In this document: positions 1 through 26,958 of the stretch, piece after piece
How the letters are laid out: each line of letters starts with the position of its first letter
How positions within the stretch are numbered: the first letter of the stretch is position 1
Assembly (NCBI GenBank): GCA_030141605.1
Contig: JAQGDQ010000058.1
Location: 710,809-774,808, forward strand
DNA length: 64,000 bases
DNA from: Tubiluchus corallicola
Taxonomy: Eukaryota > Animalia > Priapulida
Direction of reading: 5' to 3'
Notes under the pieces: generated by a model
The model's database searches: none
Seen by the model: the letters and a program-made list of their open reading frames with translations, nothing else
Told to the model about the DNA's origin: nothing
Made by a program: the position numbers and the translations under genes

Positions 1-660
1 AAACAAAATTTACTTACGTTTGAGCAGTCTTTACATTGAAGGAAAACAGGATGATTTTTCAAATATCCTTGCCCATTTGAAGTACAATAAAAAGTACACA
101 TTTTTACACCTATAATAATGCCAAACCGTTTCTGATAATTAAACAATGTGTGAAAAACTTAATTAACGGCAGGCGAGCCTTACTAGTGATGACATCACAA
201 CTGAACAATTTTCGACAGCGCAAACATTCCATGAGCATGTTACACGTTTCCGAAGCGGAAATTGAAGTACAGTATTACTGTACAACATTAAGTGTGATAA
301 ACAAAAATTCGGCAAACTAAGTTAAAAGTTAAAATTTCAAGTTCACGAGTGAGCTCGCGAAAGTGTGCACATCGTCACAACTGAACAACTTCGAACTGAG
401 AGGCACAGCACTTGTTTTATGTGCAACGCATTTCCGAGATACAGGCGCTAGCACAATCTAACTACCAAATAGCAAAATGCGTGTAACAGCGAAATTACGT
501 TTCTGTGGTAATAATTCTTTCATGTAAGTCATTTTTGACAAAAATAGTAAGTTTCCTTTCAATATTTTTTAGGGTATGCTGTTTTGAGCTATAATTTAAG
601 ATTGGCTCCGGGTTTTTTTTTAATTTGACCCCCTCCGGTTAGAGTAGGTTTCGTTGCTAG
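1..660. repeat. Old interspersed repeat, homologous to 29165-29660
   Basis: Colinear shared blocks such as CAGGATGATTTTTCA, GAACTGAGA and TGTGGTAATAATTCTTTCAYGTAAGTCATTTTTGA. Confidence 0.8.
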
Positions 661-1458
661 AATTTTAGTGGGTTTAAGCAAATAAAGCTGGCTGTTTTTC
701 GATTTAAAATGACAAGGTTACTGCAGTCTGTTTAGCGAAAAGTCTCGTCTGTATCAGTGTCAGGTCTCACTTGTAGTTTCCCGCTTTCGTAATATAGTGC
801 AAAGTAGACGGCGCCATTTAAAAAAAAAAACGAAACTTTTGTGAAGGTACCACTTTCAGTTTGTTCTCACAAATCGCCTTTCAACTCACGTTCAAGTGAG
901 TGGGCAAACAACGTTAAATTTTTTATCACTATTACTAGTGTAACTGTTATCACAGTCCACGGTTGAAATACTGCCAAATGTAAGGGTGCAGCGATATGTG
1001 TTAAAATAACAATTACTTACAAAACCCTACAAAGGATGACTTTCCAAACATTCAAACACTAAAAACTCTAGAAAGACATCAAGCAAGTGGTTGTTCTTAT
1101 GCACGGGTACTAGTCGCCCAGGTAGAACGGTACAGTGTTACGCCTGTGCAGTACACAAATATTACTTTGGAGCTGCTTTAGTTAACGTTTCCTGGCTAGT
1201 TAGATTTTTTGCAAGTGAAACGCGAAGCCAGAGCTAAATTTATTTGTGCTTAAAATTGTGTTGTGGAATATTTGGCTCTAACTTTTTGTGATTCCCAGTG
1301 CCCATAACTACTTTGACATTAATGTGAAATAGATCGAGGCAGTTCAGTAACAGTTTGTGAAAAACTACTTGTGATATTATGATTTTAACTTGTTACTGAT
1401 TTAAAATTTTTGCCAGTCTACTGAAGTCAGACTTGCATTTGTTGTAAACTTAGGCAGC

Positions 1459-4400
1459 ATGACGAAAGGAGACGGCTTGAATTTAGAAGAGTTTCTGGCC
1501 GCTTTAGGCCAACCCGGACGATATCAATTGGTCATCTATGTGCTCCTCTGCCTAAATTACATGCCAGTAGCTTTTAACCACCTAGCCATGGTATTCTATG
1601 GAGCTGCCCCGCCGCACCATTGCCATGTAATTAAAATTTTTTCATTGTACATTAAAATAAAATAAATATGCTAGCTAGATACATTCAGTTTTCCGTCAAA
1701 TAAAAATTTGTTAAATTTTTGTCTATAGTTACTGTACTGTAACTGAGTGACTCAGTGCATACAAAACTATAGAAGAGTATCGGTAAAACAACATTAATGT
1801 TCTAAAACAACAATTGCAGTTACAACAAGTCTTTTTCAAAAGTAAAGCGCACCTAGTTTGCAAAAAAAAGTTCAACGATTAAGCATATAAAATCCCTAAA
1901 AATTGAATTAGACGTCCCGCTGATTAAACTGTAAAGTGTTAAGGAATAACTTACTTCTATAGGAATGGGAGAAGACAGTTAAAGCTAACAGGCGGGTACG
2001 AGGGAAATTATATGGATAACAGCTATCATTATAACATACGTCAGCATTCCGCAATTTAAAAAAAAGATAATCAATTGATTTTTTCAAGTTATAAACGTTA
2101 ATTATTTTGTTAATCAAAAGGCCAAACGAGAACAAAAACTGGCTGAAACCTATAATAACGAATTCTACAGAGTGAGTATTATCAGAACGGTTTGTGTATG
2201 ATTCAAATATTTACGACTTCTTAAAAGTGTACTAAACTGAGAACAAATAAGGAATAAATACTTCAAAACTGACAACACCAGGCTATTCCTACTTACTCTT
2301 TGATTTCAATTAAGATAAAATTTATAGTTGCCAAACTACAAAAGCGTGTATACAGCATATTTCTGTAATAACTCCATTTTTCTAATTATGCTGACGATGA
2401 TAATAAAAACATTTTCTGTATATATTTTTTATTTTAGGTACCTGATAACGTTTCGCTAAATAATGAATCCATCCCGTATGTTACTGATGAAGATGGAAAT
2501 TATAGACCGGCAAAATGCTTGAAATATTTTAACTCCAGTACAACAGGTAATGTCACATGCTCAGGTGGACCGTACGATTACAGCGTCTATCCTGCAGGAA
2601 ATCCTGGGCCTGCAGAGAACACCATCGTAGTCGAGGTACATTTTACATTTCTTCGATTATTATGTCTGACCATTTATGGAAATAATCATTTGTAGTCGGC
2701 ATCGTAGAAGCCGAGACCCCACAGTGATAATTCAGCTTTTTTACATCCATATGGGCAGTTGGCCAGCAAAGCAAGCTCAATCGAATCTTGGTGGGGTAAA
2801 ACCTACACCAAAAACTTTCCACTCAAGCCACGAGCATCCTGAACACTGCGACGAAAACTAACCTTACCTCGCAAGTGATATTCAGTTAGAATTGGAAAAA
2901 TACGAATGAAACTTTTTGCACAGTTGCCAGCTTTTTTACAAGAGAAACCTGCATCTCTTTAGACCAGCACTACATATAATTAATTAATTATAAAAACTCG
3001 GTGACGTGTTTTCTAAAGAACTTTTTCTCCCTTCACTGAATTGCTAGCAGTCTGCTTAATATTTTAGTCTGTAACCGTGTATAGGCATTTAAATACACAA
3101 GAAAGTAACTCACAGACATCAAAAATATAAAAAGTAATACGCAACAAGGTTTTGAAGAAGTTATATGTCTTATCAAATACATGTACATCAGTAGAACTAG
3201 TAAGCTATGAATTACATAACGTACAAAATATTTTAATCAAGTTCAGACTTATTATTATTGTATACATAACACGGTTTGCCACTTATATAATGATTAAATG
3301 CTTGACAATGGTACAATGATATCAGATTTTCAGTTTTCGCGACTGATATTAAAAGTCAGCAGCGAAATTACGTTAAGAGAATAAGAAAATTCTTAACAGC
3401 AAATGCATATAAATGTTAGATAGATCGTGCAACAATCGAACAAGATGAAGCAGTGAAGTCATTCCGTTTATCAACGCTCTTGAAACTGGGACCAGTCTTC
3501 TAAAATTCAAGCCATTAACATGACCATTTATAAGAACTAAAATATTTACGACGCGGTTTACACGAAGTGCAAATATTTCTGACTTCTGAATGAATTCCAT
3601 CATTAGCTAAGGTTATCATTTATAGTAGCCTAAGTAACCGGTCTCTGTTTGCTTATGTCACTTGAGATTTACACAGGCCCGCCTATAGGTCATGGTTAGG
3701 ATGAAATCTACTAATACGTTTAGGGTTTTTTAGACATTCACCTTCAAACAATAGTTTATCCGGTTATATGGCAAGTTCTTAAATTTACACCACAGTTTCA
3801 AAAATTATTTCAACATTTTTTTCATGTTTTCTACTTTTTTGTATTAACTTCATCATAGCGTCAGTGTAATATGATACATGTATATATATCTGCCATATAT
3901 TAGTTCTTTAATCATCTCTAGACGTTTATAAAAACTGCACTTGCATCATCATATCTAGTGTGTCGACCTGTATTACAGATCTTATCACCTGTAAAGTATT
4001 ACAGCAACATGAACGAAACCGTATCATCATTTCTGAGCTGCTGTACTGTATTTAAGAGGGGTAGACTACTTTCCCAGAAAAGTTTTTCAAAAATTTTCCC
4101 CGACAAAAAACTTTGCAGAAAACTTTGATCAGAAAATTCACTTGCCAGAAAAAAATCCCAGAAAGGTTTTTCCCAGAATAGCCATTTCTCAGAATTTTTT
4201 TCTTAGAACCGTCATTTCCCAGAAAATAAAGAAAAAGTAATGAATCCTTTTTCAGGCGCAGTTAGATAATGCGAAATAAAAAGCAGTTTGTTTTAACTAC
4301 TCGTATTGATTAATACTGATTTATGATAAAAATTTTGGTCAACTCATTAAGGCAAGAAAGTAGATTTGTAACGTCAGAACGATTATATGCGAATCGTGTT

Positions 4401-7400
4401 GTTCTTTGCATATGCGCAATAGTGAGTAATCACTTCGTGTGATTGGCCATCGAGGTGACGCAATGTCCAGTCTAGCAGTTGATTAGTTGGGTGACTGCTT
4501 ACGGAATCTCACTTTGGGCAGTTCCTTTCACTGCTATGCCGAATTATTTCGCTGTAATAGGGAGAATGTACATGCATCTGATTGCGACTGTGACACCGCT
4601 GCCTGTTCAACATTTCACCTCAGAGGATTATTTTAAAAATGAACCAGGGTCTGGTCCTGTCATACAAGAACCTGTAAAAAATCTTGTGACGGAGCAAAAT
4701 TTATTGAGCAAATTTAGACTCCAATATAAGACTCGGTGTTTTCATTTTCTAGAACGTTTATTAAACTTTATTTCAAATCATTGGAAAATCAATTAAATTT
4801 GATGTGATTATATGGCAAATGATACAATGCTAATTGATTCTAATTTAACGCTAAAATAAGTTCCAATGCGCAGGAAAAATATCAGCATGAGTCAATCGCT
4901 CAAAACACAGCACATCCTGACTGTCTGTTGTATTCGATGCTTTGCGTCATTTTAAATGATTCTGATTATCCTTAGTTAAAGCGTTTTAAATAATTAGAAG
5001 CAGAAAGATAGCGTATTGAGAAACAGAAGAAGAGAGAGGAAGGGAAGGGAGACAGATAGGGAGGGAGAGACGGAGAGAAGAAGAGAGGGGTAAGGACGGA
5101 AGGCGATAAAGAAGGAGAATCAAACAGAAAAGACAAGCTGAAAGCTCTATCCTATTAATATAGAATATCTTGCAAATAAAAAATCAACCGAGATTTCCGG
5201 GAAATACTTTTTCTGTGAAACGGACCTAAACCATTTAAACAGTACCAAAACAGTTAGTCTTTTGCGCATGATGCTTGAAATTCGATGTAGTAGTCTTCGC
5301 ACACTAACGATATTTTCTCGATACGGATTGGGTAACCTAATCTGTTAGTAACCCAGATATTCATTGGCATTATTATAAGTTCATAGTGAATTTGTATTTA
5401 GTTCCACCATTCCATGTCAAAGAGAAGTTTTATTTACATAAATTCTCATTTTTTATACGAAGCTTGAAAATCAGCGCTTATTTATTTTTGTAGTGGGATT
5501 TGGTTTGCGATGAAGCGTACAAATCGTTTCTTGCCACAACTCTTTACTTTGTGGGAGTTATGATAGGTGCTTCGGTTTTTGGTGCTATGGGCGATTGGTA
5601 AGTGTTTGTGGTATAACAGTTTCAAGAACATGCGTATATTGGTATTTTAGTACAAAATTTCTTGTCAAAAGTGGGGCGTATAGCTGAGCAGTCAAAATGT
5701 GGCCTTGGTGACAAAAGTTAAGCAACTTTGGTTCAGAAAAAATGTCTTATGATTGGTTTGAATGAGTTCATCTGCCACACTGCCTCAGGCAGTTTCTGTC
5801 ATTATGGGAGACTAAAGTATACCGTATTTTCCCATGTATAAGAGACCCTTTTTTGCTCAGAATTTTCACTTTAAAAATATGGGGTCTCTTATACATGGGA
5901 GTAAGCCAACCCTTGGAGAAGTCTGCAGCTGGGTCCTCAAGGCATGGAATGGTGTAAAGCCAGAGGTCATTATTAAATCTTTCAAGAAGTGTGGCATCTC
6001 CAATGCCATGGACGGCACAGAGGACAATGCCATTTTTGAGCAGAGTGACTCCTCTGATGATGAACTGGCTGGAATTGCTGAAGGTCTGACTCCAGTTGAT
6101 ATTTTTGATGAGAGTGATGAGGAATTTAATGATTTCTATGATGAATAAAGTTATTCATTACTAAAAAACTTTTTTCCAGAATTTTTGCCTAAAAATTGAA
6201 GGGGTCTCTTATACACAGGGGTCTCTTATACATGGGAAAATACGGTATATACCTGAAGCTAAGACCCTTCAATTTTTAGGCAAAAATTCTGGAAAAAAGT
6301 TTTTTCAGACGGACATTTTTAGAGGGTAGAGTACAACTTTTTTCAACTCAGTGCGGTACTGAAAACAAAATAAAACCAGTTAATGTGTTGTAGAAAAAGA
6401 GTACTGGTATATATTAAAGTGCGTACCTGCAAACCTGTAACAGGAAAAGAGAAAACGAGGAGATAATGCCTGTGTCACGATGCTTGTATTGCTTACAACT
6501 GCTTCATAGTCGAACGCGACACGCAAAACAGTTGTAGAGCACTTATTTCTTTAAAATCATTAGTGTCACAATTTATGCATCTTATTGAAAAGACTTACTC
6601 CCATGTATAAGAGACCCCCTATTTTTAAAGTGAAAATTCTGAGCAGAAAAGGGTCTCTTATACACGGGAAAATACGGTACATCATCATTGCAAGACACTA
6701 CTGTGTTCATTTTTACAGACCTTAAGAAAGCCAAAAATAAAAATACACTTGAGGCAGCCACATGTCTAAACAATATAGCACACATGAGTAACCCCAGGAA
6801 AGCAAAGTCATAATAATATATGCACTCACGTTAGTCCGTGATTAATTTATGTGCGATTTCATTTTAATTCTAGGATAGGAAGAAAGCCCACATTGCTCTT
6901 ATGCCTGTATTCGTACCTGGCTTTAGGAATTGGCTTGCATTTCGTCACGAATTACGTGCAGTTTGTCGTCTTGAGAGTTTTCATTGGAATGTGCATGCAG
7001 GTAAATCAGGTTTTCATGACTGTGGTATACCCCTATGTTCATTAACATCCCATAATTAATAAATTACAAAACACATTTTAACAAAATAGATGGTCTACTT
7101 AGTTAAATCGAAATCAGTTTACCACCTTTTATTTTTAATTCATTTTGTTACGAGTCACGTCGCTTTGTATGGGCACATTAACCACTTAGTACAGTTGCGA
7201 AAGAATTTTATAATCTGCTAAATGCTAGTCTTAGCTTTAGTGTTATGAAAGTGAATTAATTACATTTAGAGATAATTCTGTTCCAGGGTTTACAGACAAA
7301 CACGTATGTTCTATTCTCGGAAATGTTTGTGGCAAGATACAGAACCCACGTTGGTACCATGTTCGAACCATTCTGGGGAATGGGTGTTATATGGCTAGCA

Positions 7401-10400
7401 CTTGTAGCTTGGTTAATTAAAGACTGGAGGTATATGCAGCTAGCCCTAGTCTTACCAAGTGTTCTCACAATTGTCTACATATGGTATGTACTTTACGACC
7501 TAAATTCTTATAATCTGCAACTTACGAAACATATTCGTGAAGCCTCTTTTAAATGTACACAAAGTACTTAAACTTAGTTATAAAATGCATAAATAGAAAT
7601 TGATGTTAAATTCTTTTAACGATGTTAAAATTAAAGGCGCTAAAAAGAAGCTACTAATTTAATTAGATAAGGCTAAATTCTTATGCTTGGATTAGGACAG
7701 AAATGCTACGTAGAAGCTTTCATAAACTAAATTAGGATAAGTGATCCCTAAATAAATTTAGAAAACTCTATCATCCAATTTGTTTGCTTGTCAAGATCAT
7801 TCCCAAGTTCTACCGAGCACAGCACCGAACCAATGCCACCTACCTACAAACTGAGCGCTTCCAACAACCGAGTACCGCATATCACTTAATCATGCAACAC
7901 ATCTTATACTTGATTTGCTGATTCACCTAAATATCATATGTACAATTTAACTGCTACAGCTGACAATTATTTCATAAACAGTTTGTAGTTTCTTACTGTA
8001 ATTATGATTCACTACATCTGCGCATATATGATATATATATATATATACCTCATATTCTCTTCAGGGTTTCATGTTTTCATTTTTTTTTAGTATCTCGAAT
8101 GCTTTATGAGTGAAAATTTTACGAATACGCATTACAAACTGCTTAAAAATGTTTTTAATTCTACAGGATAATGCCAGAGTCATTTCGCTGGTTATTTATC
8201 AAGAATAAGTTATCTCGTGTAGAGACTCAAATGAAGCGAACTTGTAGGTTTAATAACATAAAACTACCTGATATTAAACTTGATAAAGTGCACATTCCTG
8301 GACAACAATCAGAACAAGAACGAAAACATACACCTCTAGACCTCGTTCGCACACCGAGGTTACGAAAAAATACTCTCTTAGCTTTCTATGTCTGGTAAGT
8401 TACATAATAATTATCTTTTCTAGGTTCTATAATATAATATATTATTTTTCTATAATAAGCCAGCTATCACATCTTATTTAGTTTTCATAATTATCGAGTA
8501 ACTTACAAGTTACATTTATAAAACCAAAACATTATAAGTTATGTTATATAAAAGTGATAAATGAATTTTTGTGGTGCAGCAACAGTCGTTTAATGCGGGC
8601 CTGTAACAAAATCTGCGAAAAATGCAACTTTATCTATTTGAATAGATTTCTACCTTACCGTGAACAGTGGAAAAGGCTCAGTACAAAATCCGTGTGGCAC
8701 CCTACGTTTCCGTAAACATTTCAATTTTCTTCAATTGGGCTTTATTTATGATGCACATTTAAGATTTCAAAAACACTGAACAGTGATAGATTTCTTTATA
8801 ATTCAACTAAAATGGTTTCTTGCTCTAAGTTACAACTCTGTTCATTTTAAGGTTTGCAACATCGTGTGTTTATTATGGATTGTCTCTCGCAACATCAACA
8901 TGGAAAGGAAACAAATATCTCATATTTTTCATATCTGGAATAGGAGAAATGCCTGCCTACTTGGCAGCAGTCTTTATTTTGCACAGGTAGTACAAAGTTA
9001 TGTTGTAGATCCCGCGCTGAAACTTCTAAAGTTGAAATTTTACAGATCCAAGAAAGTCTTTAAAAATGAATAAGACATGGAATTATGGCATTTTTTAGGT
9101 TTGGCAGGAAGAAACCAATGTTCGTTTATTTTGCTGTAGCAGGAATAGGTTGCATACTGTCTGTTACCTTACCCACTGTAAACAGTAAGTAATATTTTCC
9201 AATAACGGCTCTCCCACACCAAATATACTTACACTGACCAATGCTCTAAGCAAGTTTCAAATAAACTAGCTTAAAATTTAATATTGAAATATTTCATCTA
9301 ATCTTAATGGCAGAAATACTTATGAGCTAGCACGATGAATTGAATTTTGACACCATTCCAACAAATTGTCTAACTGAGTTTTGGCACCATTCCTACAAAT
9401 TGTTTATCTGGGTAAACAACTGATTCAGTGTGAATGAACTGCAGAAAACGCATAACGCGGAATTCTTATATAATATAACATGACCTTGAATATCACGCAC
9501 TCAAAGCTGGTTGAACATAAAAACTACGCTACGTACAGTTTACGACATAAATCTCCCCGTGTATTCACTCTTCCGGTTTTGAGGATTATTGCTGAGGATC
9601 ATACTTTTGATTGCCATCAAAGCTCCATCAGAAATGTAATTACACATAATAATTGCCTTTTCCTTTGTCGCTAGTGCATGAGTTAGTGTGAAACATTCTA
9701 AATATCAGTTACACTTTAGTTACCTACGTAGTACATAGATAGAAGCCAAACTTAAAAATTCCCTCGAAACATCGTTTGAAGTCAGAATCACTCACTGTAA
9801 TTAACTGCTGCGTAAGTGCAGTTGTACATAGAGTACCTAAACACAACTAGCTAAATAAATCAGTTAAGCAAACCATTTGAATGAACAGATTCCGTGTGAC
9901 AAAGCTACTAACTACATTTTACATTCTACAGAATATGGTGAAGATATCTCAATAGGAAGAACAATAGCAGGGTTAATCGGAAGGCTAGCTGCTGCAGGGT
10001 GCTTCAGTGTCATTTTCCTCTACGGGGCGGAGTTGTTTCCCACCGTCATACGAAGCATGGCGTGGGGCATGTGTGCCCTGTTTGGAAGGCTGGGAGCAGT
10101 CATTGCTCCACAAGTCAACTTTGCGGTAAGTCAGTTTCAAACTTTCAATTGTCTAAAAGCAAAAACTTTACATCCAAAACAATGGCACATTCGGTTAACA
10201 CAACTGTTTTATTCATTACATTTATTAGGGGCAAGCTAAATCGAAATCTCTTCCTGGAATAGTGTTTGGATGCATAGCTATTTTAGCTGCATTTCTGACT
10301 CTCTTTCTACCAGAAACAAATAAAAAGCGCCTCCCGGATACAATAGAAGAGGCAGAAGCATTTGACGTAGCTAAAGACACGAAGCCTCTAACAACACCTC

Positions 10401-10468
10401 AGAACGTGGATAATGAAAGCCAAATAAATGAGGGGTTTTATTACAGTGATAATGTCACAAAATTCTGA
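1459..10468 (+). CDS. SLC22-family (organic cation/anion, MFS) transporter. Exons: 1459-1626, 2438-2635, 5494-5597, 6874-7000, 7287-7483, 8167-8394, 8852-8986, 9099-9184, 9932-10125, 10229-10468
   Basis: GT-AG exons join in frame to 1677 nt (558 aa + stop). Family motifs present: LGQPGRYQ, HHCH, TIVVEWDLVC, GDWIGRK, PESFRWL, DLVRTPRLR, YYGLS, FGRK, ELFPTVIR, LPET. AATAAA signals at ~10557 and ~10615. Confidence 0.95.
4058..5232. mobile_element. Possible Mutator-like (MULE) non-autonomous element in SLC22 intron 2
   Basis: Array of TTTCCCAGAA repeats at 4070-4225 with a short inverted counterpart at 5194-5232; flanks ATTTAAGA / ATTTAAAC resemble an eroded TSD. Confidence 0.45.
5018..5120. repeat. 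GA-rich polypurine low-complexity tract
   Basis: Almost pure purine run. Confidence 0.85.
5822..6245 (+). mobile_element. pogo/Tc2-type deletion derivative, copy A, retaining the transposase C-terminus
   Basis: TIR CCGTATTTTCCC(A/G)TGTATAAGAGACCC with TA flanks; encodes WVLKAW..IIKSFKKCGISNAMDGTED, typical of pogo/POGK-like transposase C-termini. Confidence 0.9.
6262..6677 (-). mobile_element. pogo/Tc2-type derivative, copy B (same architecture as copy C, right TIR missing)
   Basis: Near-identical reverse complement of 10752-11170; left TIR ends at 6677. Confidence 0.9.
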
Positions 10469-10751
10469 GCATGAAGTTGCTCATCTAATTAACATGTTCT
10501 TGTGCGCTGTGATAGAATAGGTATATTATTATATCATGAACGTAGAAGTTTAGCAGAATAAAGTTTTTGCAATAATCGAAATCGTCTGTACTTGCTGTTT
10601 AATTACGAGAACTGAATAAATATTAAAAATTTTTATTTTTACTCCAAACATACATCTCTTAGTGGTAATGTAATAATTAGCTACTGCTCAGATTATGAAA
10701 TTATATGAATCATCCCTCAACTATCACGTTACATCTTTCATGTTAAATATA

Positions 10752-11206
10752 CCGTATTTTCCCGTGTATAAGAGACCCTTTTTTGCTCAGAATTTTCACT
10801 TTAAAAATCAGGGGTCTCTTATACATGGGAGTAAGTCTTTTCAATAAGATGCATAAATTGTGACACTAATGATTTTAAAGAAATAAGTGCTCTACAACTG
10901 TTTTGCGTGTCGCGTTCGACTATGAAGCGGTTGTAAGCAATACAAGCATCGTGACACAGGCATTATCTCCTCGTTTTCTCTTTTCCTGTTACAGGTTTGC
11001 AGGTACGCACTTTAATATATACCAGTACTCTTTTTCTACAACACATTAACTGGTTTTATTTTGTTTTCAGTACCGCACTGAGTTGAAAAAAGTTGTACTC
11101 TACCCTCTAAAAATGTCCGTCTGAAAAAACTTTTTTCCAGAATTTTTGCCTAAAAATTGAAGGGGTCTCTTATACACAAGGGTCTCTTATACACGGGAAA
11201 ATACGG
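10752..11206 (+). mobile_element. pogo/Tc2-type derivative, copy C
   Basis: Both TIRs intact with TA flanks; shares left and right arms with the other copies. Confidence 0.92.
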
Positions 11207-13139
11207 TATATGAAAGTACACTCAACTGAATGCCGCAAGTGTGGTTAACTAACTCAGATTTTCAGATGTCTTTCATCCCAGACATCTAGTGATACTGATG
11301 CACATTTCCATTAGGTTACTGTTAACTTCTGATCAGTTTGCACTTAGATGACGTTTTATTTAAATAACTCTCAAACTCAGTTATATATGTCATGTTCAAT
11401 ATCTCAGATATATATATATATATGTATGCAGCAAAAAATAACGCAGAATATTTTTAATGCAAGCTTTTTAAATAGATCGGGCAAATGATGTTTCCATGAC
11501 AACAACTGGAAGGTTTGTTTCAGGAAGGATGAATAGGATGGTAACATAAATCATGAAAGATGGGCGAACGTATGAGGGAGGTGGAATCAATCATGACGGC
11601 AAAAGAGAACACGGGTATGGCAAGGAAATAAATTTGGAAGTTCTAAGAGTTTGTTAAACAATCACAAGGGAAAATAAAGTGGGGAAAAAACACACGACAA
11701 CGTATACAAAGTAACATGTAATGGAGATCTAGAGGAAAATTGGAAGGATTTCATAAGCAGAAAACAATGAAAAAGCTTGTAATTGAGGAGGTATAACAAA
11801 AACAGTTTTGAAAAGACCGTAGGAAAATTTGGTAGTGAAGAGGAAGGAAACAAATCAGTCTTTAAAAGGAATGTCAGGATGCACACTGACGAAAACAGCA
11901 AGAAAATCAATGATGAAGGGAGAAGGTACAAAAACAGGCAAGCTGGGAGGAATAAGAAGGATCCGAAGATAACAGCTTAACAGCATAATTGAAATAACGA
12001 AATATTACTGATAAACTCAACAAATAAAGTAATAGAACAGCCGCCATGATTTATTTTCAAAAAGGAAAATACCTACAGAGATTTAAACAATTTCTCTCAA
12101 TAGCATAGAAATACTCACAATTGTGGTTGGGTTACATGATCTCAACATTATTATACTAAGAATTTAACAGACTAAAAAGTTCTTGTCAGGTACTCAAGCA
12201 AAAGTAACCTTGTGTCCATCGTCAGTATGACTAAAATAGAAAGCTATAAAAACCAAATGCTACATAATTCTGAAAACAAAAAGTGAAAGCATACAAATGC
12301 AATATTACTATATACTAAAATTTAATTTACAAAGAAATTTTTCAAAACGAAGCTTAATATGTCATATAGCTAAGTGCCACACTGCAACACAATTTAATTT
12401 ACAAGCAGAAACTTTCAAATTTGAGTTCAGCACTCTTTTCCACTGAGCCCAGATATTATCTCTCTAAAATGCTCCATTATATAGATATAATTTGAAATCT
12501 TTAAATCACACATTAACTAATCTGCATAATCACTTAAACTTGATTGATGCAACTATTAGCACCCAAACCAAGGTACATCTATAATATTAAATACATAAAA
12601 GATGACTTAAATTTTGAAATTTGACTTTTATGCCCCTAACGAAGCCACCTGTTAAATCTCAAAATTCTTAATGTAAGGGAAAAATTACGACAAATATCCA
12701 CATAATTTAAGGAATGCAATTAAATTATGATGAAAATAGAGGTGTCGATAGATTCATTACATTACATTCACGCTTACTGAAATCATCTATCACTAGTCGT
12801 TTCCTTGATGACATTGGTGCCGTACAAAAATTATAAATTCTATAGCCGTTAGTGTGAACTAATGTATCTCATCTAATCCGTCGCCACCTCTTATAGAACA
12901 GTGCTAAGTACTATTTCATTACGCAAATATTTCAATTATTTTCCTTGCCGAAAGGTGCAAATTAAAATCACTATGAGAGTCACAATAGTGAATGTCCACA
13001 GCAACATGCACCTGAGCTAGAATAATTCTGATCTTAATTCTTATACTTGGCAAACACACTCAATGCTTTAACAAAAAAGGCATTACCAGTTGATTCGAAA
13101 GGGATGAGATAAAATTGTACAACCACATGGAATTCAATG

Positions 13140-26958
<13,819 letters not shown>

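Noticed and set aside
5834-6148. 104-aa ORF as a complete gene
   Set aside because: Chance in-frame fusion of TIR sequence to the transposase tail; it lacks the DNA-binding and catalytic domains.
11480-11980. Purine-rich segment with short ORFs as a gene (likewise 1908-2135)
   Set aside because: No splice structure or motif; may be eroded LINE 3' ends but too degenerate to call.
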